Positions 1 to 12,509 are shown, counted from the stretch's first letter. The stretch is 64,000 nt of DNA from Trichosphaerium sp. ATCC 40318 (GCA_038496445.1 JALMLS010000056.1:341243-405242); one strand, 5' to 3'. Program-made: numbers and translations. Notes: generated by a model from the sequence alone, not told the origin.

Positions 1-2315
1 CAAACAATAAGGAAGCTGCAACTCTTAATAGGAATCTCATAACGTATGTCACAGACGAAAGTAATTTTAGTATCTATGTTGCACCGTCAAATAAGGTAAT
101 CATTAGGAAGAGCTTGTACAAATACTCACAAACATTATCTCTGTTTTATCCTAACACGTTTGACACACCATAGGGCCGTTTATTACTTTTACGTAATTTG
201 GAGCACAAAGCACAATTCCTTGCACGCGATTTAGTACCATTAGTCCGTTCAGCTCAAGTTTTCTTGCACAGCCGTGGTCAGAATGTTAACGAACGGTAAA
301 CAATCACGTCCTAATTGTTGTAAATTATTAATTTTGTGGTTGTAATTTAGGAAGATAATGAATGAACGTGTTCTTTGTGTGAGCCAAGATATCAAGTCTG
401 TAATGCTTCTATCACAAAAAATCGAACCAATTACAAAGAAAGAATCGTATTCTGGTCTTCCAGAGATACCTCTACAGCGAGCACCACGGGCCCCTGAAGC
501 ACCTGTACGTTGCATAGTATAGAGTCATACACTCTATGTGCTTACTATGAGTAGCAACCAGATGTTCCTGTAGTAGTTGTTGAAAAAACATTTGTTTGTC
601 ATTTGACACCTGAAGATTTAGAAAAACACACAAAAGCCGGCATACGCTTGTTTAATGGAAAGTTCAAAAAGGGGTACTATCTTGAATCTCATTTATTAGA
701 ATTAAAGCTAAATAATTGATGTAGTATTGCTTATTTGGTGGATAATGGTGTATTCGTAAAAGAGCCAAAACGTACGCACTATCTCTCAAAGTTTTTTTGT
801 TGTTGGAGTTTGTCAGCTCTCCACTTACAAGTTATTGATTTAGCAATCGCGGAGTTCTTACTAAAGAATGCCGAGACGATGTCAAAGGAGGAGGTTGGCG
901 AATACATAAGCGGTCCAGACGATTTTTCTATTTCGATTTTGAAGCATTTTACAAATCAGCTTGAATTTAATGGTATGTGGTGGATAGCTTTTTTTTTGGA
1001 TTAGATTTGTATGTCTTATGTGTCACAATTAGGACTTGCGTTTGATCAAGCTTTACGTAATTATTTGCAACTGTTTATGTTGCCAGGTGAAGCACAAAAA
1101 ATATCAAGGATTATGGAAGTACGTTGCCATTTTGCAGCGGCAAGGTTATGATATATTTTTTTTCTCATTTTATTCTTTCACCAGGTATTTTCAGCGCATT
1201 ATGTTGAACAGAATAGTGATGTATTCCCAGATGCTGATACTGGGTTTATTATTGCATTTTCGTTGATTATGTTGAATACAGATGCTCATAATCCTTCTAT
1301 TCCTGATAAGAATAAAATGACTCTAGAACAGTTTGTAAGGAATAATAGGTATGAAGTTTTGACTTGTACTTAGTTTCTTTTATCAGTTCTTTGTTCTTAT
1401 TCGTTTTAAAAAAGGGGTACCTGGGCAGGAAAAGACCCTCCAATAGAGATACTTGAAGAGCTCTATGACAATATTGTCACCAACGAAATTAAGTTTGAGA
1501 AAAAGAAAGATAAGGATGCCCCTGATAAGCAGGGTTGGGTTCGCCTGAAAGTCGGTTCTGATAAATCAGGTAAGTATAAGGCTATTCTATAAACCATGTT
1601 GTTTGATATACTTATTTCTTGGCGTAGAAAAACGTTACGCTGTCATTAAGGATGACGAACTTACATTTTACAAAAATCCAACAGAGGGTAAAGTACGTAC
1701 CGTATTCTACTTGTTTGTTGCGTTTTTATATTTCTGACTATTTGCCCAAAAGGGAGAAGAACCACTTCGTGGTTACATTAAGTTAGAGAGATTGGTTTGT
1801 AAGAAGGATCCAACAGATGATAAAAAGTTCTTGATTGCATACCACCTTGGAGGAGAGTTTGAGTCTCTCATGTTTGGTACGTAGCAAGCCATGTTCGTTT
1901 GGTATATTTATGTCTTTGTGTTTTTAGACAGGTCTGAGAAGCGGGTAAAACCTAGATGGGAGAAGACTATAACCATAATGCTTGAGTCTCCTATAAAGTG
2001 TAAGCAGTGGATGGCTGAGGTCACTAGAAATGTGTCATTCCCATCTTTGAGCTCTTCTCTTACAAAACGCAATCCATCACTTGCAGCTAAACAGAAACAA
2101 AGAAGGTTGAGCTCAACTGCAGCGACTTTGAAGGAGAGACCCGAAGGATATGATACACTCACAACAAAGTGCGCACTTGGTTTTTTTCTGGTTTTTTTTT
2201 AGGTGGTTACTAACATTTGCTAAGGAGACCTGACAGGCAAGACAACTTCCAGTTCCATGCGGGTATACAACATAACCAGTGGATGCAATATCTTGCAAGC
2301 ACTCAAAGGCAATAA
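1..2315 (+). CDS. Sec7 + PH domain ARF guanine nucleotide exchange factor (cytohesin-like), 5'-truncated by the window, multi-intron
   Basis: Spliced peptides GIRLFNGKFKKG-IAYLVDNG, EFLLKNAETMSKEEVGEYIS, FMLPGEAQKISRIME (Sec7 glutamate finger) and FSLIMLNTDAHNP...KMTLEQFVRNNRG; then PH-type KQGWVRLK...KRYAVIKDDELTFYK...KQWMAEV; stop TAA about 2313-2315. Confidence 0.92.
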
Positions 2316-2469
2316 TGTGCTTTATGCATCAAAATTGCTATGTAAAAACTCCCTTGTTACTTTAAAATACTTGTAAATGCTTAATTACAGCAAAACAATA
2401 CCAGTTATTAACCCTTTTTTTTTTGTCATCGACAAATCGAATTTTTGACCGCCTACGATTGTTTACAGC

Positions 2470-2778
2470 TCAAACGCCACTGGTGGAACTCGTAGTATAT
2501 TACTTGCGTACCGCACTGGTCAATTAAAAAGCATTGCTACATTGGCCAACGGAAAAAAAGAAGAAAAGTTGTTTCGTGAGACAGGTCAATTAGATACACA
2601 ATGTACCTTTTTCGAAGGTAGAAAACGCGCAAGGTGGTGGCATATGAATGTTTCTATGTGGCCCGTGTTCAAAGGAGAGGAAAATTGGCGGCATGATAAC
2701 GACCAATTGAGAATGCAGAGGTTTTATGCTAATGGAAGCCAAGAAGGAGAGCCAAAGTGTTGGCCCACAAAACTATAA
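2470..2778 (+). pseudogene. Degraded MORN-variant (YwqK-like) repeat gene
   Basis: Fragments ETGQLDTQCTFFEG, WWHMN and HDNDQLRMQRFYANGSQEGEPKCW resemble the repeats of the adjacent 3168-3854 gene; no ATG start, and repeats are truncated. Confidence 0.6.
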
Positions 2779-3167
2779 CCAATAAATAGTAAATAAATTC
2801 ATTAGTCTTGTGTAAACATCGTTCATGAGCCATGGCATGAGAACAAACAGTAGAGTGAAAAAGTGCAACTCTGTTTATGACACATAGTATTAAAGGACAA
2901 CAGACTACCATACACAATTCAGACTTTAAAGAAATCTTTTTCCTTAGCCGAGATTTGCTGTTTTTATGGGTTGAGGTCTGAGTGGGTCAAACAGCTTCAA
3001 GTCTGACTTTAAAGTCCTAAGCAGCAAAGAAGAAAGTCCATATTTTATACAAGTTTGCCTTTTGAACATAAATACCCATACAACGTGCAGACTTTAATGT
3101 TATATTTACCGGGCATACATTAACGAGCGTGTATTTGGTAAATATCACGTGATAATTTTATTAGTAA

Positions 3168-3854
3168 ATGGAGTGCCTAACAAGCAATGAAAAGAGAGCT
3201 ACCGAAAAATCACATGTTTGCCATGTATTACTCCTTCCCTACGAGATTCAGCTTGATATTATGGATGTAGACGCCTCAGTGTATTCAGCTTGGCCACTTC
3301 TTTCAAAACAGACGGCAACGACCACAAGGTTTGATATTGAGATGAAAAAACATGGAAAATGGCATAAAAATGGTCAAGTGCGCTGGCAATGCCATTATGT
3401 CAATGATAAACATGAAGGAGAGTACAAGAGTTGGTATGATACTGGACACATTTTGTTGCGGTGTACTTATGTCAATGATAAACGAGCAGGCAAGTTTATG
3501 TTGTGGTATAGCAATGAGCAATTAAATATTGAATGCAATTATATCAATGGTACACGCGAAGGAGAGTACACAGTTTGGTACTTAAATGGCCAAATGAAAG
3601 AGCGCAAGTACTATATCAATGGTGAACTTGATGGGAAGTGTAATGAGTGGCATGACAACGGCTCACTGAAAGTTCAGTGTAATTATACCAAAGGCGTTTT
3701 CACAGGAGTGTACAACAGTTGGTTTAGAAATGGACAGATGAACGCATACTACAATTATGTCAATGGTGAATTTGAAGGAGAATACAGAGTTTGGTCTATT
3801 GACGGCACATTGGTAGAGCACTACAACTATGTCCAAGGTAAACGATGTAAATAA
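3168..3854 (+). CDS. Intronless F-box-like N-terminus + MORN-variant (MORN_2/YwqK-type) repeat protein
   Basis: LLLPYEIQLDIM...VYSAWPLLSK followed by about 7 repeats of W(Y/H)xNGQ....CxYxNGxxEGEY; single exon. Confidence 0.85.
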   Translation: MECLTSNEKRATEKSHVCHVLLLPYEIQLDIMDVDASVYSAWPLLSKQTATTTRFDIEMKKHGKWHKNGQVRWQCHYVNDKHEGEYKSWYDTGHILLRCTYVNDKRAGKFMLWYSNEQLNIECNYINGTREGEYTVWYLNGQMKERKYYINGELDGKCNEWHDNGSLKVQCNYTKGVFTGVYNSWFRNGQMNAYYNYVNGEFEGEYRVWSIDGTLVEHYNYVQGKRCK

Positions 3855-4176
3855 AACTTCAAGATCATCTTTTTTTTTTTTGTTTTTGGAAGCAACTTCT
3901 TAATTGCACCTAACAAGGCACTCACAAATTCAATGATATAATTGAGATTTAGTTTGCAACCAAGTAAAAAAGTACTGTCGTACAAGTGCGACGTAAGAAG
4001 TTTCAGCGCATGAAAATACTTTAAGTTGAAAAGCTTCTTGCGACGCAATCACTTAATTGTATGAAAATTTACAACATCTTACTTTGTTGATTCTCTTTGA
4101 AAAATATTGACGTGCGTCCTAAAACATTAGAAATTCCAAAATCAGTTGTACCATCTTAATAGCGTAGCTAGCCACG

Positions 4177-6931
4177 ATGATGACTGAACAAGCCGATGAT
4201 AAGGTTTCTATTACTTTTAAGGACACTCAAAAGCAAGGGATCAAAGGAGAAAAAGGGTTTTACGTGGTACACTTTATTCTACACTAAAGTAGCGATAAAA
4301 CGAACCCATTCGTTTTTTGTCCAAAAATTACGCTTGTTTCATGTATTTGTGCTTTACTCACGAGGGGTAGGAGTACACGTTCCAAGTGACATCACAAACA
4401 GAGACGTGCGTACAAAAAATAGACATTGAAATTTCTAATGAAGCTAGTTGGGTTCTCACGCGTCGATACAGCGAGTTTGCGTCTCTTAAAGCCTGGGTAA
4501 AGGCGTTAAAAAAGAAATTGTAACTGTCAACCTGACACTTCTACAGATTGATGGAACATTCCCTGGAACCATAAAACAAGCGTTAGGGACAAAACTAACA
4601 TTCTGGATGAACGCAGAAAAAGTAGTTGGTTAGAGATTTTCAAAAAAACTAAAAACTCATTGTTCAGAAAATAACTCCATCTGTCGCCTAAAATTTATCT
4701 TTAGCGCAAAGAATTACGATTCTTTCGCAATTCATGAAGGAGGTAGCAGCATCTCCACTTGTTTTGAAGCAATACGAAGTGAGGAATTTCTTGGAGATGG
4801 ATGTTAATGTAAGTGCCTACAATTACCCTTTTGAACAAAATTTGACATTTATTTAGTTGCCAGATCCTCATGCTGATAAACCTAAACAAGGTGTACTAAG
4901 CATACGCGTTCTTGAAGTCCGCAACTTGACAAAAATGGCAGGAGGTAAATACGCTAAACGACTTTAGATTTTTGAAACAAAAAAAATTATCCATTCCAAA
5001 ACGGTGTCCATTAAAAACAACTTCCCTAGGTTTATACGTAAAATTGAATGTTAGTACTGCAGTTTCTCAATGGCGTAACAACAATTTAGCAGGTACCTGT
5101 AATCCTCGCCTCGATGACATTTAGTTGTTTACTAATTTTTTTAGATCCGTTCCCTCCCGCTTCTTCAGTGTTCATGAGAACTCTTGTAATTTCAAACAAA
5201 ACTAGGAATCCTAAGTGGAATGAAGAATTTACACTTGATATTGTAAACAGAAAAATGCCAGTCAGATTATGCGTTCAGGTTCGGTTATCTTTAACAAAAT
5301 TCTTTCTATTTTTTGAAAAACTAAAGACATGTGTTTAAGGAAATGCGTGCAGCGTCTATAGAGAGATTTCTTGGTGCTGCATCAATTAATCTAATGGAAC
5401 TTCCAGAAGAAACAAAGATTGACACTTGGCTGCCTTTGTCAGTACGTTACTACCTCTTGATTAAAACACAAAAAGCGGATCTATTTATACCTCCTTAGAA
5501 TCAAGCAAGAGGTGAAATTCATGTTGTTATGGAATTTGAACCAAAGACTGTTCATCTGCGGGCTGCTAAACAGATGTATACACGCACTGATCGCTTCAGA
5601 GTGTTCCTAGACACTGATAAATTTTATGCAGGAGAAGTGAGTTTCGAAAAGTTGTATGTGCACTAGTGTGCTGACTTTAAATTTATTGTAGAAAATCACG
5701 GGTGTAGTCAAGCTTAATTTGAATGACAACGATGCTGGAAAAATCAATGGAGTTAACTTGGAGTTTTGTGGTGAGGAAGTAACACACTGGCGCAGAGCTA
5801 CGTCTCAAGGACCAGGTAGAAAAACTGAACGATTTATATCTTTTTGCTGTGAAACTAAATTTCTTGTTCGTAGACGAACCTACAGTTGAGTCCCAATACT
5901 CTGGTTCACATGAATTTGGATTAAAGAATCAAGTAGTTGGTATTGACTCAACTCAACGATCTGTAAGTTCTAAATTGTTAACTAAACAAAGCTTACACCT
6001 TGTATTTAGAACAAGTACCTGCCTGTTGGTTGTCATAATTGGAAGTTCTCATTTGATGCACCACTTGACGCACCACCTTCATTCAGTACTGATTTTGGAG
6101 GCATTCAATACAAGATATTATCACGTGTCAGGAAACCAGGAGTAAGAAAAAAACTTTCCAATAAAAAGGCTAAAAGGAAGGATAGATAAAAAAAGCAAAG
6201 AAAGTACTAAAGTTTGATATTGCTTCACCTATGATTGACCAAAAAGCTGGAGAAGAGGCATCAGAGACATTTGTTGATAAAAACGATGGAGGTAAAATAA
6301 CTATAACGGTACGTCGATAACGGGTGTACAAAATAATACAAAAAAGAAAATACTGACATCTTGAAGTCACATGTAGAAAATAGTCTTGTATGTGTTGGAG
6401 AATCTCAAGTTGTGCACCTGGTGCGTTGATTGAAGAGTTTACATATAGCATATGTGACTAACTAATGTTAGACTATTGTTAATGAATCTAAAAAGCCTGT
6501 TGAGTCTATTAAAGTTATTATGACATCAAGAGCTACTTTTAAAGCGTCACATCCTGATACTGAAATTAAAGAACTTCAAGAAAAGAAAACAGAAGTTACA
6601 GTTGTTGAACGCACCTTAGAGGAAAAAATGCAACCGGGAGAGACGTAAGAGTTTTACATTCAATAGATATAATGGATGTTAATGTTGTGTATAGGTTGGA
6701 AAAGTCTGTAACGTTTGATGTACCCAGAACAACTTGTCCAAACGTTAAGAGAAAATTGGTTTCGACAAATAATTTTTTGAAGATCAAGTGTTCCGTCCCA
6801 GGCACGTGTCTTTACAGTTTAGCTTTTTGTTGATAAATACTGCCTTGTGGTTGTATTGACTGTTTTCTGTAGATTTTTTGTATGGGACTGTGATTCATAG
6901 TATGCCAGTGAAGGTTGGTACAAAGGTTTAG
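4177..6931 (+). CDS. PX - C2 - arrestin(N+C) domain protein, multi-intron
   Basis: PX: SWVLTRRYSEFASLK...EVRNFLE. C2: GVLSIRVLEVRNL...KTRNPKWNEEFTL...FLGAASINL...DTWLPL..GEIHV. Arrestin: FYAGE.ITGVVKLNL...FCGEEVTHW...FSFDAPLDAPPSFSTDFGGIQYKI...IVNESKKPVESIKV. Confidence 0.8.
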
Positions 6932-7339
6932 AGAACTGAAAAGTACCTCTTTTTTTTGTACTTGCTATTTTGTATCCATAAAAACCCAAAAAAATCAAGC
7001 TTTCTTCCTCCGTAAATATATTTTTTGAGGTTTTGACAACTCGAAAAGTAGTACGATATGTCAAATACGCGCTACCATGGCTACTAACACGCCTACAAGT
7101 CGAGCCTTGACCGCAATCCGCTGAATCACAAAAAATTGTGTTATTTTTTTTTTTGTTTTAGCCATTTATCTCTTATTATTGTCTTCTGTGTTATTTCAGA
7201 AGCTGTGTACAAGATATAGGAATTATGATGTTCTCACAATTAGTAAACGGAGAAATGAAGTTTCGATTTTCGCCGTTTCATTATTCCCTTACTTTTCTGA
7301 GTACCTTTCCCACTTTTATCAAACTTTCTTTTGTTAACA

Positions 7340-8408
7340 ATGAACGGCCACTTCTTACTCTTTGCCATTTGTATCGCTGTAATCACTGCCGACGCGGGTG
7401 TTCGCGTTATTCACGCTTCCCCTGACGCTCCAGCAGTTGATGTTTTTGTAAATTCAACGACTCCAGTACGTCACTACCTTCTTCCATATACCGCCGTCAA
7501 CGATTAACGAACTAATGTTTGTGTTTTAGACTTTCAGTAACCTCGCTTTTACCGAGAACACTGGCGCTTATACGCTCCTACCAGCTAACGTATACAACAT
7601 AAAAGTGTCTCCAACGGGTGCTACCACTCCTGTAGTGATTAATGCCACGCACGTGATAAAATAATTCTTTTATGAAATTAACCAGAAATTCTTTTAGTTT
7701 GCCTCTAGCAGATGGCGTTTACTACACAATAGCTGCAGCTGGCTTTCTAGCAGATATTGAGGCGCTAGTATTCGTAGATGAAGTTACCACTAACTCAGTA
7801 CGTGGACCACGCTGGCAAGAATGTTTGTATTAACACGTTAAAGACGTTAGCAAGTGTTAGATTCATTCATCTCGCTCCAGATGCGCCAGCAGTCGATGTT
7901 GCCGTTCAAAATAGTTCAACCCTCTTTAGTAATGTATCTTTTTCGGAATCTGGCGGTTATGTCAGTGTTCCTGAAGGAACATACGACTTGGAAGTGCTTG
8001 GTATGTGATACACTGAAAAAAAAAGTTTCCTTCAAATTAACGGTTTTTGAACTAGCTGCTGGCACTACAACCCAAGTTCTCGCTGTACCTGGTGTGTCAT
8101 TGATGGCTGGTACCGTGTACACCGTATTCGCAGAGGGAACTCTCAACCAACCAGAATATCCTTTACAAGCGGTATTGACTGTTGATGCTGCACCTTCATC
8201 TTCTCCTGTCGAACCAGATGATGATGGTAAGAGTCTAGTTACTATTTGTTAGCAGATTTTTACGATGAACTAATTTTTCTTGTTAGACAACACCAGGCTT
8301 ATTATTATCATTTGTGTTGCCGTAGGTGCTGTATTGCTCATCATTGTAACAGCTCTTGTAGCGTACTTTTGTTGTATTAGAAAACGTGGATACGAAAATG
8401 TTGCTTAA
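7340..8408 (+). CDS. Type I membrane protein with signal peptide and tandem DUF4397 domains
   Basis: MNGHFLLFAICIAVITA signal; VRVIHASPDAPAVDVFVN and VRFIHLAPDAPAVDVAV repeats; TM LIIIICVAVGAVLLIIVTALVAYFCCI; tail RKRGYENVA*. Confidence 0.85.
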
Positions 8409-9179
8409 ACAAGAAACACGTCGGTTGTGTATCGAAATCATTCATTTTTTCTTTTGGAATACACGACGTTACCGACTGTCGAAAAAAAAAGATGTGTTGA
8501 CTTTTTTTCAAGTTAATGTAATAAAAAGTTTAACGAAAAGCAGACTGAGTTTTGTTGAAATCGGCAACCTTTTTGACTAGCAACATTTCGCTTTTCTCAA
8601 ACAACTTATTCCATGGCTATGCTGTCAAACTGCCAGCTACTGTTGAGTTCATGGTAGACACCACCATGTGGCTCAATAACTTGTTTTAGCACTCAGATAT
8701 GCAGGTGCGAATAGGATGACGCTTGGTATTATAAAACTATAGTCAAGGTGCTAGGGAGTACAACCAACGAAAAATTAACAACGCCGCTTCCTCACTGCGA
8801 GGCTACATTTTTTTATTACTATGGCAAACGTCTAAAAGACACAGTCGTCACATTATTTGTCACGATGATGAGGTGCGAGGTACGAGTTTTAGTTAAGTAT
8901 GTTTATATTAATGTTACATTGTAGTTATCGTCACATTATTAGCTATTAGTTTTCTCTGGAGATGAATTCTAGATGAGGGAATAAACAAACTTATACCTGC
9001 TTCATTCACTAGTAGTCCATGAAAGCCATCAACTTCGTAGACAGTTCAAGGCTCTATGTCTGCTGTAACTCGGATGACTATGAAGCAAAAAAATCTCATA
9101 ATATGTGACTTTGGTGGAGGCGCAAGGTATTGATTGTCTGCTAATGGCTTGAAATATCGGCTTGGCTAAATGGAATAAA

Positions 9180-9233
9180 GGACATGCACGGGTTTGTTTA
9201 TTTTTTTTACGAAATCTTTCGAGAATATACGTA
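9180..9233 (+). repeat. Left terminal inverted repeat
   Basis: GGACATGCACGGGTTTGTTTATTTTTTTTACGAAATCTTTCGAGAATATACGTA, preceded by AAA (9177-9179). Confidence 0.93.
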
Positions 9234-9266
9234 ACTATTCGAAGGTTTCCGAAAAAACCCGAGTGT

Positions 9267-10264
9267 TTATTCATTAGCAAATACATGGCTCCATGGGCCC
9301 ACAGGCAAGTACCGTACTCTTTGCTTAAGTACTATGTTTGACAGGTGTGCAGTGACATACAAGCAAGCTTGCAACAACTCTATTCGGCCCCGAAAGGGTG
9401 TTTGGAACATAGTGTGAGCAGTAAAGTACCCGTTGATGTGTTCAACACGACCACGATAGTGTTGCATAATCACGTTGAAGTACAGCTCATCACAGGTAAG
9501 TAGCACTCCTCTTCTACAGCGAAATGGAACAATACAGTGTCCACAGCCTTTTCCTATGTAAGCTCCATCTATTTACTATTAGTACATCCCAAGTACACCT
9601 CCCTAACCTGCTAAAAATGCTTCCCAAGGCTCCATAGGATGCAAAGTGTCTGTATCCGCCCATATCTTGTTATCTGTTTTAGTGCCAAGGTGTGGTCCTG
9701 AAAACACAATGATCCGACCAAGAAAGTCAATACCAAGTTGTACCTTTACCACACAGTTTGCGTACTTACCAGCATACACCCGTGAGCGTATGATACACTT
9801 ACTTGGTTTGCGTATTATTATTGGGAACGTATCGATAATTCCCGTAACGTATTTTGGAAAATACTCGCCATGGTTAAACGGATTACTATACAAATGGTTA
9901 GCCCTTGAAGATGCTAAGCTATCGTACAGGCGAGACGACCAAGATATTTCTTTGAGCACAAGTGATAGATAGTGCAATAACGGTATCAAACGCTCTCGCA
10001 ATGAGTCTTGTGACTCTCCAAACAAAAACATTTGTCTTGTGGTTGGGTATACATGAATGTACAATAAAGCGCTGAACAAGTCACGCTGCACGTACATTGT
10101 ACCTTACAAAAGGGTTAGCGCGATGTTTTGTCGCAAACGGCGCACATACCCTTAACATAGCGCTTCCAAACGTACTTCAGTACCCAACGTGGATACCCTG
10201 TTGCAGCGTGCGTTTTAGCATCTGAAATATCATCAAAGGTGAAACTATTGCGCGGTTTGTTCAT
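9267..10264 (-). CDS. DDE transposase, HTH_Tnp_4 + DDE_Tnp_4 type (PIF/Harbinger/IS5-like), 2 introns (10149-10103, 9607-9569)
   Basis: N-terminal HTH-like AATGYPR...LFSALLYIHVYPTTRQMFLFG; catalytic motifs GIIDTFP, YAGKY..CVVKVQ, SGPHLG..D, FLA|DGAY (joined across the intron) and HYRGRVEHING; frame continuous after splicing. Confidence 0.9.
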
Positions 10265-10288
10265 TTTGAAGGTTAAGCGAGTGATAAA

Positions 10289-10882
10289 ATGGAACGCGAA
10301 GACGAATACTGCATACCGCCGTTTGTTCCTATAAGCAACACTGAAGTAGTTGTGCGTGCATTTTTGAATCAACAAATAGGTGGTGAAAGCATCGGGCAGC
10401 TACTGTGGAAAGGAATGGTAGAGAAATGGCGTACAATACAAAGACCGGAAGCCATCCTACCGCTTTTTGCAGAAGTGTATGACCACTCAAAAGCAAAACC
10501 GCGTACAAAGGTGCCTACTGTGGGATCTCTTGTAAACAGGAAGAAGGTAGACGGAACAGACTTTTTGTTGCTTGTGTTGAGCAAAGATAATGTACGAAAC
10601 TGATTGTAACGGCTAGTACTGACCGCTAAGGTATTTGAGCAATTGGATACAGAGCTTGCCAATCAGAAAAAAAGTGGTGTTGCTGACTCGGACATGCAAT
10701 CACTGGATTACTTTGATACTGAGTTGCGTGACGTGTTGCAAAGCATCATACAGCGTGTACAACGCTTGGAAGTGGTTCCTGAAAATGATATTGACGCCAC
10801 ACAAGAAGAAGAAATGCGTAAGCAATTTGTATTTCGCGATAATTTGGACACCAAACTGTTCAAGTGGAAAAAAAGATACTAA
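10289..10882 (+). CDS. Transposon accessory gene B, about 185 aa, unknown function, 1 intron
   Basis: ORF 10289-10591 joins in frame to VFEQLDTELANQ...FKWKKRY* across intron GTACGA...CTGAC...TAAG. Confidence 0.7.
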
Positions 10883-10906
10883 ATAAACTGAGTTGTTGAC
10901 ACATCT

Positions 10907-12501
10907 TTATTGGTATTCATCCGATGCAAATGAGCCGTCAGAAAGTGGTTCATCAGAGTAATCTTCATACGATGCACTAGCACTTGAGTCATGATCAGAA
11001 GAAGGACCAATAACACTATCAATGATGGGCGTACTAACCATAGAACGAAAGTGACCTTGCTCTTGCCTTTGTTTTGGTGGTATAACAGTACCAGGAATAC
11101 AAGAGCTAAGGTGACGAGCTGATCCACTCTCATTGCGGATGTGGCTTCTGGAGTCTCCAGGAGTGTTGTGAGGAAGAACTTTTCGTTTCCGCCTGTTTTT
11201 TCTTCGCTCATGTACTTCAGCTCTTATATCACGAGGCTCTTCACTCCTACTATTTTGTCTACTTGGTACATAGGATGAAAGCGTACGCGGTGGTGGTGTA
11301 TATGCTGTAGAACTGTCATACGGTGCTTGTGATGGGTTCGGGTTGGGAGAAATAGGCGATAAGGGTATATTGGCAAAGTGCATTGGAGAAGGCATTGGAG
11401 AAGGCGGTGGAGAAGGATCTAGCCCATGAAAACGCCTTCCTGATATTAGTGTACCCATATTAAAGTCCTTTGGTACTACTCTGGGATGTACTGGTTCCGT
11501 TGACTGTCTGGGGCGAGGTCGATTTGAACGAACTCTTGAAACTACATTTTCCACTTCATCAATGCGAGTATTATGTGCATTTGAAGCAAGGTCGATGTTT
11601 GGGTTTCGCGTAGAAGCACCTACAAAAATATCTTGGTCACCACGCATGTGCTCTTCTGTGTTGTCACGTTGCTCATCTATCAAACTACACAATGAGAGAA
11701 ATGGTACAACAGCTAGTTAAGTAAACGTACTGTAACTCTCTCACTCGTTCTCTAAGCTCCCTTCCAAGTATTATTTCATTGCAAGGGTTAAAAGCAGGTT
11801 CTATTCCTTGAGTATGAGTCTCTGCTATAAAGTGAATGAGCGTGTATGCTTTTCGTCTAGATGCCTCTTGTGACACTTGCAATGTGTCAAAAAATAATCA
11901 AGTAAATAAGCGCAAATAGCGTACATAATGGTTCAGGTCTTGGTTGTTCGCTAGCCAAGCGTTGTAATATTGCCATAAGACTAATACATTGTACGTAATT
12001 GAAGTGTCCCTCCTCTATCTTTTTTTTGGTTTCCAAAAAGTGCTGAATGTTAGTTTGCGGATCATTTGCGACATCAGGAACTTGTCTACGTAAATATTCT
12101 GCAGCAGCTCCACGCCCTTGCCTACGAGCATTTGCTATAAGCGTCTAATAACAATAAGTACGTGGACAATATTGTGTGTTTACCTGTCGCATAACGATTG
12201 TATACTCTTTGCTCAATGCGCGTGGTGGAAAGCGTTTGTACCCATTTTTATCAGCAAATATTGGGGCTATCTTTGTCCATTGCATAGTCTTGAAGTCTCC
12301 AATGCCTTTACGACAACGTTTTTTGTTCAGTGCCTTTTGCGCTTCAGATACCCACACGCACTCTCGTTCACTCATACTTTTGAATTTAGCTCCGCTTGGG
12401 TTTTTTTCAGTCGTTTGTTTGTAAAAGTGGCCTTTGCGAATAGCGTATGCTATGTCAATATGCATTTGTGTGTAGTAGTCATTCTGTTGCACTGCTGCCA
12501 T
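10907..12501 (-). CDS. Transposon accessory gene C, Myb/SANT(trihelix)-like N-terminus + long disordered Pro/Ser/acidic tail, 3 introns
   Basis: CVWVSEAQKAL...QWTKIAPIFADKNGYKRFPPRALSKEY resembles Myb/SANT-like helices of Harbinger ORF2 proteins; four exons splice in frame through GT-AG introns; NLS-like RRKNRRKRK. Confidence 0.7.
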
Positions 12502-12509
12502 CACTTGCA

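Noticed and set aside
6181-6190. Stop-codon reassignment suggested by in-frame stops in several genes
   Set aside because: The stops fall inside short introns; TAA, TAG and TGA all terminate well-conserved genes in the window.
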